NCBI GenBank assembly: GCA_026989495.1
Contig: JALSJE010000067.1
Span: 282 to 64,281 of the forward strand
Origin: Gammaproteobacteria bacterium
Lineage (GTDB): Bacteria; Pseudomonadota; Gammaproteobacteria; S144-34
DNA length: 64,000 bases
Direction of reading: 5' to 3'
Part shown: positions 56,059 to 64,000 of the stretch, piece by piece
How positions within the stretch are numbered: the stretch's first letter is position 1
Layout: the number at the start of each line of letters is the position of its first letter
Notes under the pieces: generated by a model
Seen by the model: the letters and a program-made list of their open reading frames with translations, nothing else
Database searches by the model: none
What the model was told of the DNA's origin: nothing
Translations under genes and position numbers: made by a program

Positions 56059-59000
56059 TCAGGCGCCCTCCGCGCGCCTCAGCACGTGCGTGAGCCACAG
56101 GTCGCCGAGGCGGTCCTGGAGCCGGTTCTGGGCCTGGCGTGCGGCGAGGTTGTCCAGGTCCACCCGCAGCAGCGGCTGGTCCTGCTCCGCGCAGGAGAAG
56201 ACCGCGCGCGTGCGCCGGCCGGTGCGCGGGTCCACCTGCCACTGCAGGCACTGGGCGCACACGCCCTTGAGCATGCACTGCATGGGGCTGCCCACGGTGC
56301 CGAAGGCCTCCACCCCCGGGCGGAAGGCGCCCGCGAGCGCACCCCCTGGCGCCAGCGCCCGCTGGAAGGCGCGCAGCAGGCCCGTGCCGCCCATCACCAG
56401 CACCTCGTCCACCGCGGCGAGCGGGATGAGCGGCCTCCCCTCCGCGGGCCTCAGCGCACCCTCGGCGTAGCGACGCAGCACGGCCACCAGGTCGGCCTCC
56501 ACCACGCCGAGATCCTGTGGCCGCCGCGGCTCGATGCCGGGCGCCCGCGCCGTGGCCCAGATGACCTGGTCGGCCGCTGCCTCCAGCTCCTCGCGGTGCA
56601 GCACCTGCCCCGCCTCGGCGAAGGCGGCGAGCAGCAACACGCGGTCGCCTGCCGCCCGCAGGGCCGGACCCAGGCCGAGCATGACCGCCGCGCCCCAGCT
56701 CCCCGTGACCACGAGCACCGTGCGCCCGCGCCCGGTGGGGGTGGGCGCACCCGAGGGCCCCATGAGCACGATGCGCTCACCTGGCCGCAACCGCGCGACC
56801 AGGCGCGAGGGCCCGCCGAAGCGGAAGACGAACAGCCGCAGCGCCTCATCCTCCACGCCCGCGCCGCTCACCGTCTGCAGGGGGATGGCGAGCCGCGTCC
56901 CCTCCACCACCGGCGCCGCCGACTCGTAGGTCTGCAGGCGGAAGAACTGGCCTGCGGCGAAGCTGCGCGCGGCCATGGGCGCGCGCACGTAGAGCTCGGT
57001 CACCCCTCCGCGATCCTCGGCACGCTCCACCCGCGCGGTGAGCAGGTCCTCCATGCGGGCCCGGAAGCGTGCGAGCGCCGCCTCGTCCGCCGGGCGCGCC
57101 GGCAGCCGCGCCATGGCTTCCACGACGTGGGGCCAGCTCCGCGCAGCCGAGGCGATGGCCTTGACCACGCTGCCGTGGAAGACGGGATGGGTGTCTCCCA
57201 CGAAGCTCACCAGGCGGCCCTCGCGCTCGTAGGAGGTGAAGGGGCCGAAGACGGGCTCCTTGCAGTGCGCGGCCACCGCCACCGGCTGCAGCCCGTCCGG
57301 CTGCAGCACGTGCGGGCGGAAGTGGTCTTCGTCGAGGGCGAAGGTGCCGGGGTGCTCGCGCTCGTAGAGCGTGTTGGGCAGGGCGCCGGCGGCGACGAAG
57401 ACCGAGCGCGCGCGCAGCCGCACCTCCTCGCGCGTGTCCAGCCACCGGCCGGCCTCCTTGCGCCGGCGCCGGAAGACGACGGCCTCCACGTGGCCCCAGC
57501 GGTCGAGCTCGAGCCTCAGGGGATCCAGGCCCTCGCGGTAGTAGATCCCCTCCTCCATGGCCTTGACGATCTCCTCGTGGTTGCGGATGTAGGCGGGCGA
57601 TTCGTTGAGGCCGCGCCGGTAGCAGATGGTCACGCCGCCCCAGCGCCTGAGCAGCGGCACGAAGTCCGGCGCCTCGCCGACCGCGGCCGCGCGCGCGCGC
57701 TCGGCGCGTACCGCCTCGGCATGCGCCAGGAACTCGTCGAGGATGGCGCGGTCCTCCTCCTCGAGCAGGCCGCGCACCCGATCCTCGCCCAGCTCCGCCA
57801 CCAGGCGCTCGTAGCGCGCGGCGACCTTCTCCACCTGGCGGATGTAGTAGGCCTGCACTTCGGTGGCGGTGTCCACGGCGGTGAGCCCCCCGCCGATCAC
57901 CACCGCGGGCAGGCGCACCTGCAGGTTGGCGAGGCTGTCGTCCTTGGCTGCGCCCGTCAGCTGCAGGGCCATGAGGAAGTCGCTCGCCTGGCGCATGCCG
58001 CGGGCGAGGCTGTTGCCGATGTTGAGCACGCGCGGCAGGCCCGTGCCGCAGGCGTTGACCACGTGGTCGAAGCCCAGCGCCCAGGCGTCCTCGATCGTGA
58101 GCGTGCCGCCGAAGCGCACCCCGCCGAAGACCTGGAAAGTGGGCCGGCGCAGGAGCGTGAGGTAGATCAGCTTGAGCAGGTTCTTGTCCCAGCGCACCGT
58201 GATGCCGTACTCGGCCACGCCGCCGAAGCCGTAGAGGATGCGCCGGTCGAGCGGCTCGACCATCTCCTGCCAGTCGCGCACGGGCCCCCGCACCCAGGCC
58301 TCCGGGAGGGGCTCGATCTTGAGCCCGTCGATGCCCACCACGGCGCAGCCCTCCATGGTGAGGTGGTGCGCCATGGTGAAGCCGGCCGGCCCCATGCCTG
58401 CCACCAGCACACGCCGCCCGTTCCATGGCCGCATGCGGTGCTGGCGATGGCGCAGCGGGTTCCAGCGCGTGAGCAGGTCGTAGACCTCCACCCCCCAGGG
58501 CAGGGCCAGGACATCGGTGAGCACGCGCGTCTCGATCTGCGGGATGTCCACCGGGTCCTGCTTCTGGTAGATGCAGCCCTTCATGCAGTCGTTGCAGATG
58601 CGGTGCCCGGTCGCGGGCAGCATGGGGTTGTCGGCCATGGCCATGGCGAGCGCGGCGATGGTGCGCCCTTCGCGCTTGAGCCAGTGCATCTCCGAGATGC
58701 GCTCGTCGAGCGGACAGCCCGTGAGCACCACGCCGAGGGGATTGACCTTGAGGCCCGCGGACTGGTCGCCCTTGCGCTCGGGAAAGCCGCGGGAGCAGAA
58801 GTCGCCCTCGTGGGTGTGGCAGTAGACGCAGTAGTGGACCTGGTCCTGGACCTCTCGCGCGCTCGCGCGCGGATCGGTGAGGGCGAAGCCGTCGCGCCGG
58901 CGCAGACGCTCGACCTCGCCGATGCAGCGCCGCCCGACGGCGTCCTCATGGCACTCCACCGGCACGAGCCGCGCGTAGTCGACGCGTGCAGGGAGGCGAA

Positions 59001-59580
59001 AGCTCACCCAGCCGCGCACGGCCGCGCTTCCTGCGGGATCCTGCAACGCCAGGGCGCACCACTCGGTGAGGCGCTCGACGAGGTCGGCGTTGGCGTCCTC
59101 GTCTTCGAGCAGGGCGAGCCCGTAGCGTGCCACGGCCAGCTCGCGGTCCAGGTCCGCGAGCCCGGCGCCAGCGAGCGCCTCGTCCAGCCAGCGGTCCAGC
59201 GCCTCGAAGCTGTGGCGGAAGGGGCCGCGCCGGCGGCGCGCGCGCTTGAGCACGAAGCTCTCCTTGAAGCGCGCCACCGCGTTCTCGGCGAGCGTCGCCC
59301 CGCGCGAGGCCGCCAGCTCGGCCTCGATGCCGAAGAGCCAGGCGAGGAAGCCCTCCACGTGCGGCGCCAGCGCCAGCAGGAAGGCGCTGGCATGGCGGTC
59401 GCGCGGCGGCTCGGGGCCCGCGCGCCAGTCCTCGAGCCGCCCCCGCAACGCTGGCGCCTCGCGCCCGAGCCGCTCCAGGAAGGCCGCATCGAGCCGCGCC
59501 AGCCCCTCGGCCGTGCGCAGGTCCTCGTAGGCCATGCCGAGCTCGCGCAGCCCGGGGAATGCCTGCCCGCCCATGCTCAT
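56059..59580 (-). CDS. large FAD-dependent oxidoreductase: GltD/NfnB-like domain fused to PyrK/NfnA-like domain
   Basis: CVYCH..GCPL..CNDCMKGC Fe-S motifs; GMGPAG; IGGGLTAVD; C-terminal GQFFRLQ, MGPSG, MQCMLKGVCAQC. Confidence 0.85.
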   Translation of the reverse strand: MSMGGQAFPGLRELGMAYEDLRTAEGLARLDAAFLERLGREAPALRGRLEDWRAGPEPPRDRHASAFLLALAPHVEGFLAWLFGIEAELAASRGATLAENAVARFKESFVLKRARRRRGPFRHSFEALDRWLDEALAGAGLADLDRELAVARYGLALLEDEDANADLVERLTEWCALALQDPAGSAAVRGWVSFRLPARVDYARLVPVECHEDAVGRRCIGEVERLRRRDGFALTDPRASAREVQDQVHYCVYCHTHEGDFCSRGFPERKGDQSAGLKVNPLGVVLTGCPLDERISEMHWLKREGRTIAALAMAMADNPMLPATGHRICNDCMKGCIYQKQDPVDIPQIETRVLTDVLALPWGVEVYDLLTRWNPLRHRQHRMRPWNGRRVLVAGMGPAGFTMAHHLTMEGCAVVGIDGLKIEPLPEAWVRGPVRDWQEMVEPLDRRILYGFGGVAEYGITVRWDKNLLKLIYLTLLRRPTFQVFGGVRFGGTLTIEDAWALGFDHVVNACGTGLPRVLNIGNSLARGMRQASDFLMALQLTGAAKDDSLANLQVRLPAVVIGGGLTAVDTATEVQAYYIRQVEKVAARYERLVAELGEDRVRGLLEEEDRAILDEFLAHAEAVRAERARAAAVGEAPDFVPLLRRWGGVTICYRRGLNESPAYIRNHEEIVKAMEEGIYYREGLDPLRLELDRWGHVEAVVFRRRRKEAGRWLDTREEVRLRARSVFVAAGALPNTLYEREHPGTFALDEDHFRPHVLQPDGLQPVAVAAHCKEPVFGPFTSYEREGRLVSFVGDTHPVFHGSVVKAIASAARSWPHVVEAMARLPARPADEAALARFRARMEDLLTARVERAEDRGGVTELYVRAPMAARSFAAGQFFRLQTYESAAPVVEGTRLAIPLQTVSGAGVEDEALRLFVFRFGGPSRLVARLRPGERIVLMGPSGAPTPTGRGRTVLVVTGSWGAAVMLGLGPALRAAGDRVLLLAAFAEAGQVLHREELEAAADQVIWATARAPGIEPRRPQDLGVVEADLVAVLRRYAEGALRPAEGRPLIPLAAVDEVLVMGGTGLLRAFQRALAPGGALAGAFRPGVEAFGTVGSPMQCMLKGVCAQCLQWQVDPRTGRRTRAVFSCAEQDQPLLRVDLDNLAARQAQNRLQDRLGDLWLTHVLRRAEGA

Positions 59581-59645
59581 ACCCGTGGAACGCCGGAAGG
59601 GGCGTCCATGCTACGCGAGCCTCTGCGCGGCCGCCACCGCACGGG

Positions 59646-60548
59646 CTAGCCCTCGTTGGCCACGCCATGGGGCACGTGGCCGGTGGGCACGCGGCCGGCG
59701 GCCGACTCGCAGTGCACGCGCTGGTCGTCGAAGAAGATGTCGGCGCCGAAGGCCTCCAGGAAGTCGCCCTTGTCGAGCCCGCCCAGGAAGAGTGCCTCGT
59801 CGATGCGGATGCTCCAGGCGCGCAGCGTGCGAATGACGCGCTCGTGGGCCGGAGCCGAGCGCGCGGTGACGAGCGCCGTGCGGATGGGGCAGTCCTCGGG
59901 CGGGAAGGCCGACTGCAGACGGTTGAGCGCCGCGAGAAAGCCCTTGAAGGGCCCGCCGGGCAGCGGCTCGCGCGCCGCGTCGCGCTCGGCGCGCGCGAAG
60001 GCCTCGAGGCCGTCGCGCTTGTAGATGCGCTCGGCCACGTCCGCGAACAGCACCGCATCCCCGTCGAAGGCGATGCGCACCACCTCGTCGCCCGCAGCGC
60101 GGGTGTGGCGGCCCGGCAGCAGGGTTGCGGCAGCGAAGCCCGCCTCCAGGGCGCGGCGCACGTCCTCCGGGTCGGCGGATAGGAAGAGGTCCGCCCCGAA
60201 GGGACGCACGTAGCGGTAGGGCGAGGCCCCGCCCGTGAAGGCCGCGCGCGTGATGGCGAGCCCGTGGAGCTGGATGGAGTTGAACACGCGCAGGCCCGTA
60301 TCGGCGCTGTTGCGCGAGAGCAGGATCACCTCCACCGCAGGGCGCCCGAGCCGCTCGTTGAGCGCGAGCAGCTTGCGCACCAGGGGGAAGGCCACCCCGG
60401 GCTCCAGGGGGTCGTCCTCGTGCTCTATCTGGTAGCGGCAGTAGGCCTCGACGCCCTCTTGCTCGAAGACCCGGTGGCTCTCCTCCAGGTCGAAGAGGGC
60501 GCGCGAGGAGATCGCCACCACCAGCCTGTCGTCAAGCCGCTCCGGCAT
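59646..60548 (-). CDS. 5'-nucleotidase (cN-I type)
   Basis: LVVAISSRALFDL, RIAFDGDAVLF, VTARSAPAHER, FFDDQ. Confidence 0.92.
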   Translation of the reverse strand: MPERLDDRLVVAISSRALFDLEESHRVFEQEGVEAYCRYQIEHEDDPLEPGVAFPLVRKLLALNERLGRPAVEVILLSRNSADTGLRVFNSIQLHGLAITRAAFTGGASPYRYVRPFGADLFLSADPEDVRRALEAGFAAATLLPGRHTRAAGDEVVRIAFDGDAVLFADVAERIYKRDGLEAFARAERDAAREPLPGGPFKGFLAALNRLQSAFPPEDCPIRTALVTARSAPAHERVIRTLRAWSIRIDEALFLGGLDKGDFLEAFGADIFFDDQRVHCESAAGRVPTGHVPHGVANEG

Positions 60549-60633
60549 CGCCTTCCCCTGCTTTCCGTGCGGATGAGCCCCGGGGGGCCGGCCGCTACAA
60601 TGGCCCGGGACATTCTCGCACAGGCGGCCCCCC

Positions 60634-62112
60634 GTGACGGCATCCAAGACCGAAACCGCTCTCGCAGGCACCTGCTGCACGGCCGGCACGCCCCCCCGGC
60701 GCGCCGGCGGGCCCGCGCAGGTGGTGCTGATCAGTCCCTACGAGATTGGCCGCCAGCCCTTCGCGCTGGCGCACGCGGCCGCGTGGCTGCGGCGCGCGGG
60801 CCTCAGCGTGGACTGCCTGGACCTGGCGGTGGAGCGCCTCGATCCGGCGCGGCTGTCGGGCGCACGGCTCGTGGCCGTGCACCTCGCCATGCACACCGCG
60901 ACGCGGCTCGCCGCCGCGGCACTCCCCCTGATCCGTGAGGCCGCGCCTGGAGCGCACCTGTGCGCCTTCGGCCTCTACGCGCCCGTGAACGAACGGTACC
61001 TCCGCGGCCTCGGCTTCGAGAGCGTGCTGGGCGGCGAGTGCGAGCCCGACCTCACGGAGCTGGCGCGCGAGATCGTGGCAGGGGGCGGCGACGGCGCCGC
61101 TGGAAGCCGTGTCGCGGCCCACGTGCGGCTCGAGCGCGTGCCTTTCCTGCTCCCGGCCCGGGACACGCTGCCTCCCCTCGAGCGCTACGCGCGCCTGCTC
61201 CTGCCTGGCGGCGGCGAGCGCACCGTGGGCTTCGCCGAGACCACGCGCGGCTGCAAGCACCTGTGCCGCCACTGCCCGGTGGTGCCGGTCTACCGCGGCC
61301 GCTTCTGGGCCATCCCGGTCGAGACCGTGCTCGCCGACATCGCCCAGCAGGTCGAGGCGGGCGCCGAGCACATCTCCTTCGGCGACCCGGACTTCCTCAA
61401 CGGCCCCACCCACGCCCTGCGCGTGGTCCGCGCCCTGCACGAGCGCTTCCCACATCTGAGCTGGGACTGCACGGTGAAGATCGAGCACCTGCTGCGCCAC
61501 CGTGACCTCCTCCCGGAGCTGCGCAAGCGGGGCTGCCTCTTCGTCATCTCCGCCGTGGAAGCGGTGGACGACGCCATACTCGCCCGGCTGGACAAGGGCC
61601 ACACGGCGGCGGACCTGGAACGGGCGGTGACGCTCATGCGCGCAGCCGGGCTCGCGCTCGCCCCCACCTTCGTGCCCTTCACGCCCTGGACCACCCTCGA
61701 AGGCTACGTGCTTCTGCTCGAGACGCTGGTGCGCCTCAGGCTGGTTGAGGCGGTGGCGCCGGTGCAGCTCGCCATCCGGCTGCTGGTCCCGGCCGGCTCG
61801 CGCCTGCTGGAGCTCGAGGCGCTGCACCCGCACCTCGGCCCCTTCGACCCGGCGCTGCTGGGCCATCCCTGGCGCCATCCGGATCCCCGCGTGGACGCGC
61901 TCCAGCGCCGGGTGCAGGCCTGGGCGGCCGAGGCCGAGCGCCGCGGGCTCCCGCGCCGGGAGGCCTTCGCCGGTGTCTGGCGCCTGGCCCACGAGGCGCT
62001 GGGCCGCGCCGCTCCCGCGCTGCCCGAGGACCTGGGCGAGCCCGTGCCGCGCCTGTCCGAGCCCTGGTACTGCTGCGCCGAGCCCACCGAGGACCAACTC
62101 ACCAAACTTTGA
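60634..62112 (+). CDS. CUAEP/CCAEP-tail radical SAM protein (Cys form)
   Basis: CKHLCRHC motif, FGDPDFLNG, C-terminal SEPWYCCAEP. Confidence 0.88.
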   Translation: MTASKTETALAGTCCTAGTPPRRAGGPAQVVLISPYEIGRQPFALAHAAAWLRRAGLSVDCLDLAVERLDPARLSGARLVAVHLAMHTATRLAAAALPLIREAAPGAHLCAFGLYAPVNERYLRGLGFESVLGGECEPDLTELAREIVAGGGDGAAGSRVAAHVRLERVPFLLPARDTLPPLERYARLLLPGGGERTVGFAETTRGCKHLCRHCPVVPVYRGRFWAIPVETVLADIAQQVEAGAEHISFGDPDFLNGPTHALRVVRALHERFPHLSWDCTVKIEHLLRHRDLLPELRKRGCLFVISAVEAVDDAILARLDKGHTAADLERAVTLMRAAGLALAPTFVPFTPWTTLEGYVLLLETLVRLRLVEAVAPVQLAIRLLVPAGSRLLELEALHPHLGPFDPALLGHPWRHPDPRVDALQRRVQAWAAEAERRGLPRREAFAGVWRLAHEALGRAAPALPEDLGEPVPRLSEPWYCCAEPTEDQLTKL

Positions 62113-62152
62113 GCGGGATGGTTGGCTGCACCGCGCCGGCGACCGTGGGAAA

Positions 62153-62638
62153 ATGGTGCCGGGAGGGCCTTCCTTGAGCCACGCGACCGATCACGACCCC
62201 TTTCTGACCGCCTGGCGCGGCAGCTTCACCGGCATCCTGCGCTGGTCACAGCTGGAAGCGCTATGGACACGCATCCGGGCCCGCGCCCACGAGGGCTGGT
62301 ACATCTATGCCGTCGGCGAGCCCCCTCCCACCGAGCCGGCCGCCCCCCAGTCACTGGCCCGTTTTCTGGTCGAGATCGACAGCCTACTGCGCTCGGAGCA
62401 CCGGGAGGACTACTGCGGCATCGTCTACGCAGACGATCCTGAGCAACCTTCCCTCGTCAAGATCTATGATCCTGGCAAACTGGGCGCCGTGTGCGGCACC
62501 AGCGGACAGCCGCCATTGCCGGGCTGGGTGCTCTCCCTGATGCCTCCGGTAGACCTGCAGGTGACGGCATCCCCGCCGGCGGGACGCCGGCGGTGGTGGC
62601 GTCGGCTGTTCGGCATCCGGCACCAGCAAGGCAGGTGA
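62153..62638 (+). CDS. conserved hypothetical protein
   Basis: GSFTGILRW..WYIYAVGEPPP..DYCGIVYAD..KIYDP..CG; start uncertain. Confidence 0.75.
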   Translation: MVPGGPSLSHATDHDPFLTAWRGSFTGILRWSQLEALWTRIRARAHEGWYIYAVGEPPPTEPAAPQSLARFLVEIDSLLRSEHREDYCGIVYADDPEQPSLVKIYDPGKLGAVCGTSGQPPLPGWVLSLMPPVDLQVTASPPAGRRRWWRRLFGIRHQQGR

Positions 62639-62707
62639 CCGCTGCCGCCATGCATGCCAGAATCGCACATAGGCCAGACGGACAGAATGAGGAGAGGAGC
62701 GATCCCG

Positions 62708-64000
62708 ATGAGTGAGGAGAAGGTCTATCCGGTGCCCCCCGAGGTGGCCGCGCGCGCCTGGATCACCGAGAAGCAGTACCAGGAGATGTATGCGCGCTCC
62801 CTGCAGGACCCGGAGGGCTTCTGGGCCGAGCAGGCGCGCGCGTTCGTCACCTGGCACCGGGAGTGGGACCGCGTCCTCGACTGGGACTACTCCCGCGGCC
62901 ACATCCGCTGGTTCGAGGGCGCCCAGCTCAACGCCTGCCACAACTGCGTGGACCGCCACCTGGAGGCCCGCGGCGACCAGGTCGCCATCATCTGGGAGGG
63001 CGACGACCCGGCCCAGGACCGGCGCATCACCTATCGCGAGCTGCACGAGCAGGTCTGCCGCCTGGCCAACGCCCTCAAGGCGCGCGGCGTCGGGAAGGGC
63101 GACCGCGTCTGCATCTACATGCCCATGATCCCGGAGGCGGCCTACGCCATGCTCGCCTGCGCGCGCATCGGGGCCATCCATTCGGTGGTCTTCGGCGGCT
63201 TCTCGCCCGAGTCCCTCAAGGACCGCATCCTCGACTCCGACTGCCGCACCGTCATCACCGCCGACGAGGGCGTGCGTGGGGGCAGGCGCGTGCCGCTCAA
63301 ACGCAACACCGACGAGGCCCTTCGGCACTGCCCCGACGTGCACACGGTCCTCGTGGTGCGGCGCACCGGGGCCGACATCCCGTGGCAGGAAGGGCGCGAC
63401 GTCTGGTACCACGAAGCGGTGGAGGCCGCCTCCACCGAGTGCGCACCCGAGGTGATGGACGCCGAGGACCCGCTCTTCATCCTCTACACCTCAGGCTCCA
63501 CCGGCAAGCCCAAGGGCGTGCTGCACACCACGGGCGGCTACCTGCTCTACGCCGCCATCACGCACAAGTACGTCTTCGACTACCACGACGGCGACATCTA
63601 CTGGTGCACCGCCGACGTGGGCTGGATCACGGGCCACAGCTACATCGTCTACGGGCCGCTGGCCAACGGCGCCACCACGCTCATGTTCGAGGGCGTGCCC
63701 ACCTGGCCCAGCCCCTCGCGCTTCTGGGAGGTGGTGGACAAGCACCAGGTCAACATCTTCTACACCGCGCCCACCGCCATCCGCGCCCTCATGCGCGAGG
63801 GCGACGAGCCCGTCAAGCGCACCTCGCGCAGGAGCCTGCGGCTGCTCGGCACCGTGGGCGAGCCCATCAACCCCGAGGCCTGGGAGTGGTACTACCACGT
63901 GGTGGGTGAAAGCCGCTGTCCCATCGTGGACACCTGGTGGCAGACCGAGACCGGCGGTATCCTCATCACGCCCCTGCCGGGCGTCACCGCCCTCAAGCCC
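62708..64000 (+). CDS. acs: acetyl-CoA synthetase (truncated at window end)
   Basis: Manual translation [52 protein letters not shown]; missing from the ORF track because there is no stop. Confidence 0.96.
   Translation, partial: MSEEKVYPVPPEVAARAWITEKQYQEMYARSLQDPEGFWAEQARAFVTWHREWDRVLDWDYSRGHIRWFEGAQLNACHNCVDRHLEARGDQVAIIWEGDDPAQDRRITYRELHEQVCRLANALKARGVGKGDRVCIYMPMIPEAAYAMLACARIGAIHSVVFGGFSPESLKDRILDSDCRTVITADEGVRGGRRVPLKRNTDEALRHCPDVHTVLVVRRTGADIPWQEGRDVWYHEAVEAASTECAPEVMDAEDPLFILYTSGSTGKPKGVLHTTGGYLLYAAITHKYVFDYHDGDIYWCTADVGWITGHSYIVYGPLANGATTLMFEGVPTWPSPSRFWEVVDKHQVNIFYTAPTAIRALMREGDEPVKRTSRRSLRLLGTVGEPINPEAWEWYYHVVGESRCPIVDTWWQTETGGILITPLPGVTALKP

Noticed and set aside
55306-59649. 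1447-aa plus-strand ORF and many other long Arg/Ala/Pro-rich ORFs (e.g. 44078..46897, 4086..6296)
   Set aside because: Antisense or off-frame shadows of real genes in very GC-rich DNA; no recognisable motifs.
62071-62085. Selenocysteine recoding in the radical SAM tail or in the hydrogenase
   Set aside because: The codons are TGC; there is no in-frame TGA at these motifs.
1-64000. tRNA, rRNA, prophage or autonomous transposase genes
   Set aside because: None recognised in the sequence or the ORF track.

Overview
Very GC-rich chromosomal window that looks gammaproteobacterial (gene content suggests a chemolithotroph; this is inference). Left to right it holds: (1) a Tad/Flp pilus operon on the minus strand with an FHA-CpaF fusion and a second FHA membrane protein cut by the window edge, facing a divergent Lnt-like/C39-like fusion gene and a Hanks-type Ser/Thr kinase across a spacer with three TGACG-N5-CGTCA palindromes; (2) an MCE ABC transporter, dusA (with an in-frame insertion), putP, acuI/yhdH and a serine-type MetX; (3) two AbrB-VapC toxin-antitoxin pairs around cereblon-like, DUF819 and RluA genes; (4) a complete group 3b [NiFe]-hydrogenase with hypCABDFE and a protease; (5) tsaB, yoaA, lpoP-mrcB, a kinase/AAA protein, DsrE-like, DUF72, HDOD and motAB with a sigma28 promoter; (6) two decayed GT-C glycosyltransferase genes, a GltD/NfnB-PyrK/NfnA fusion oxidoreductase, a 5'-nucleotidase, a CCAEP-tail radical SAM protein and acs (truncated). 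Non-coding highlights are four copies of a ~164-bp five-hairpin MITE with IS5-like ends and 4-bp target-site duplications, and a separate 51-bp hairpin repeat with compensatory changes, one copy of which lies inside the dusA coding sequence. All family assignments come from motif recognition by eye; no database searches were run.
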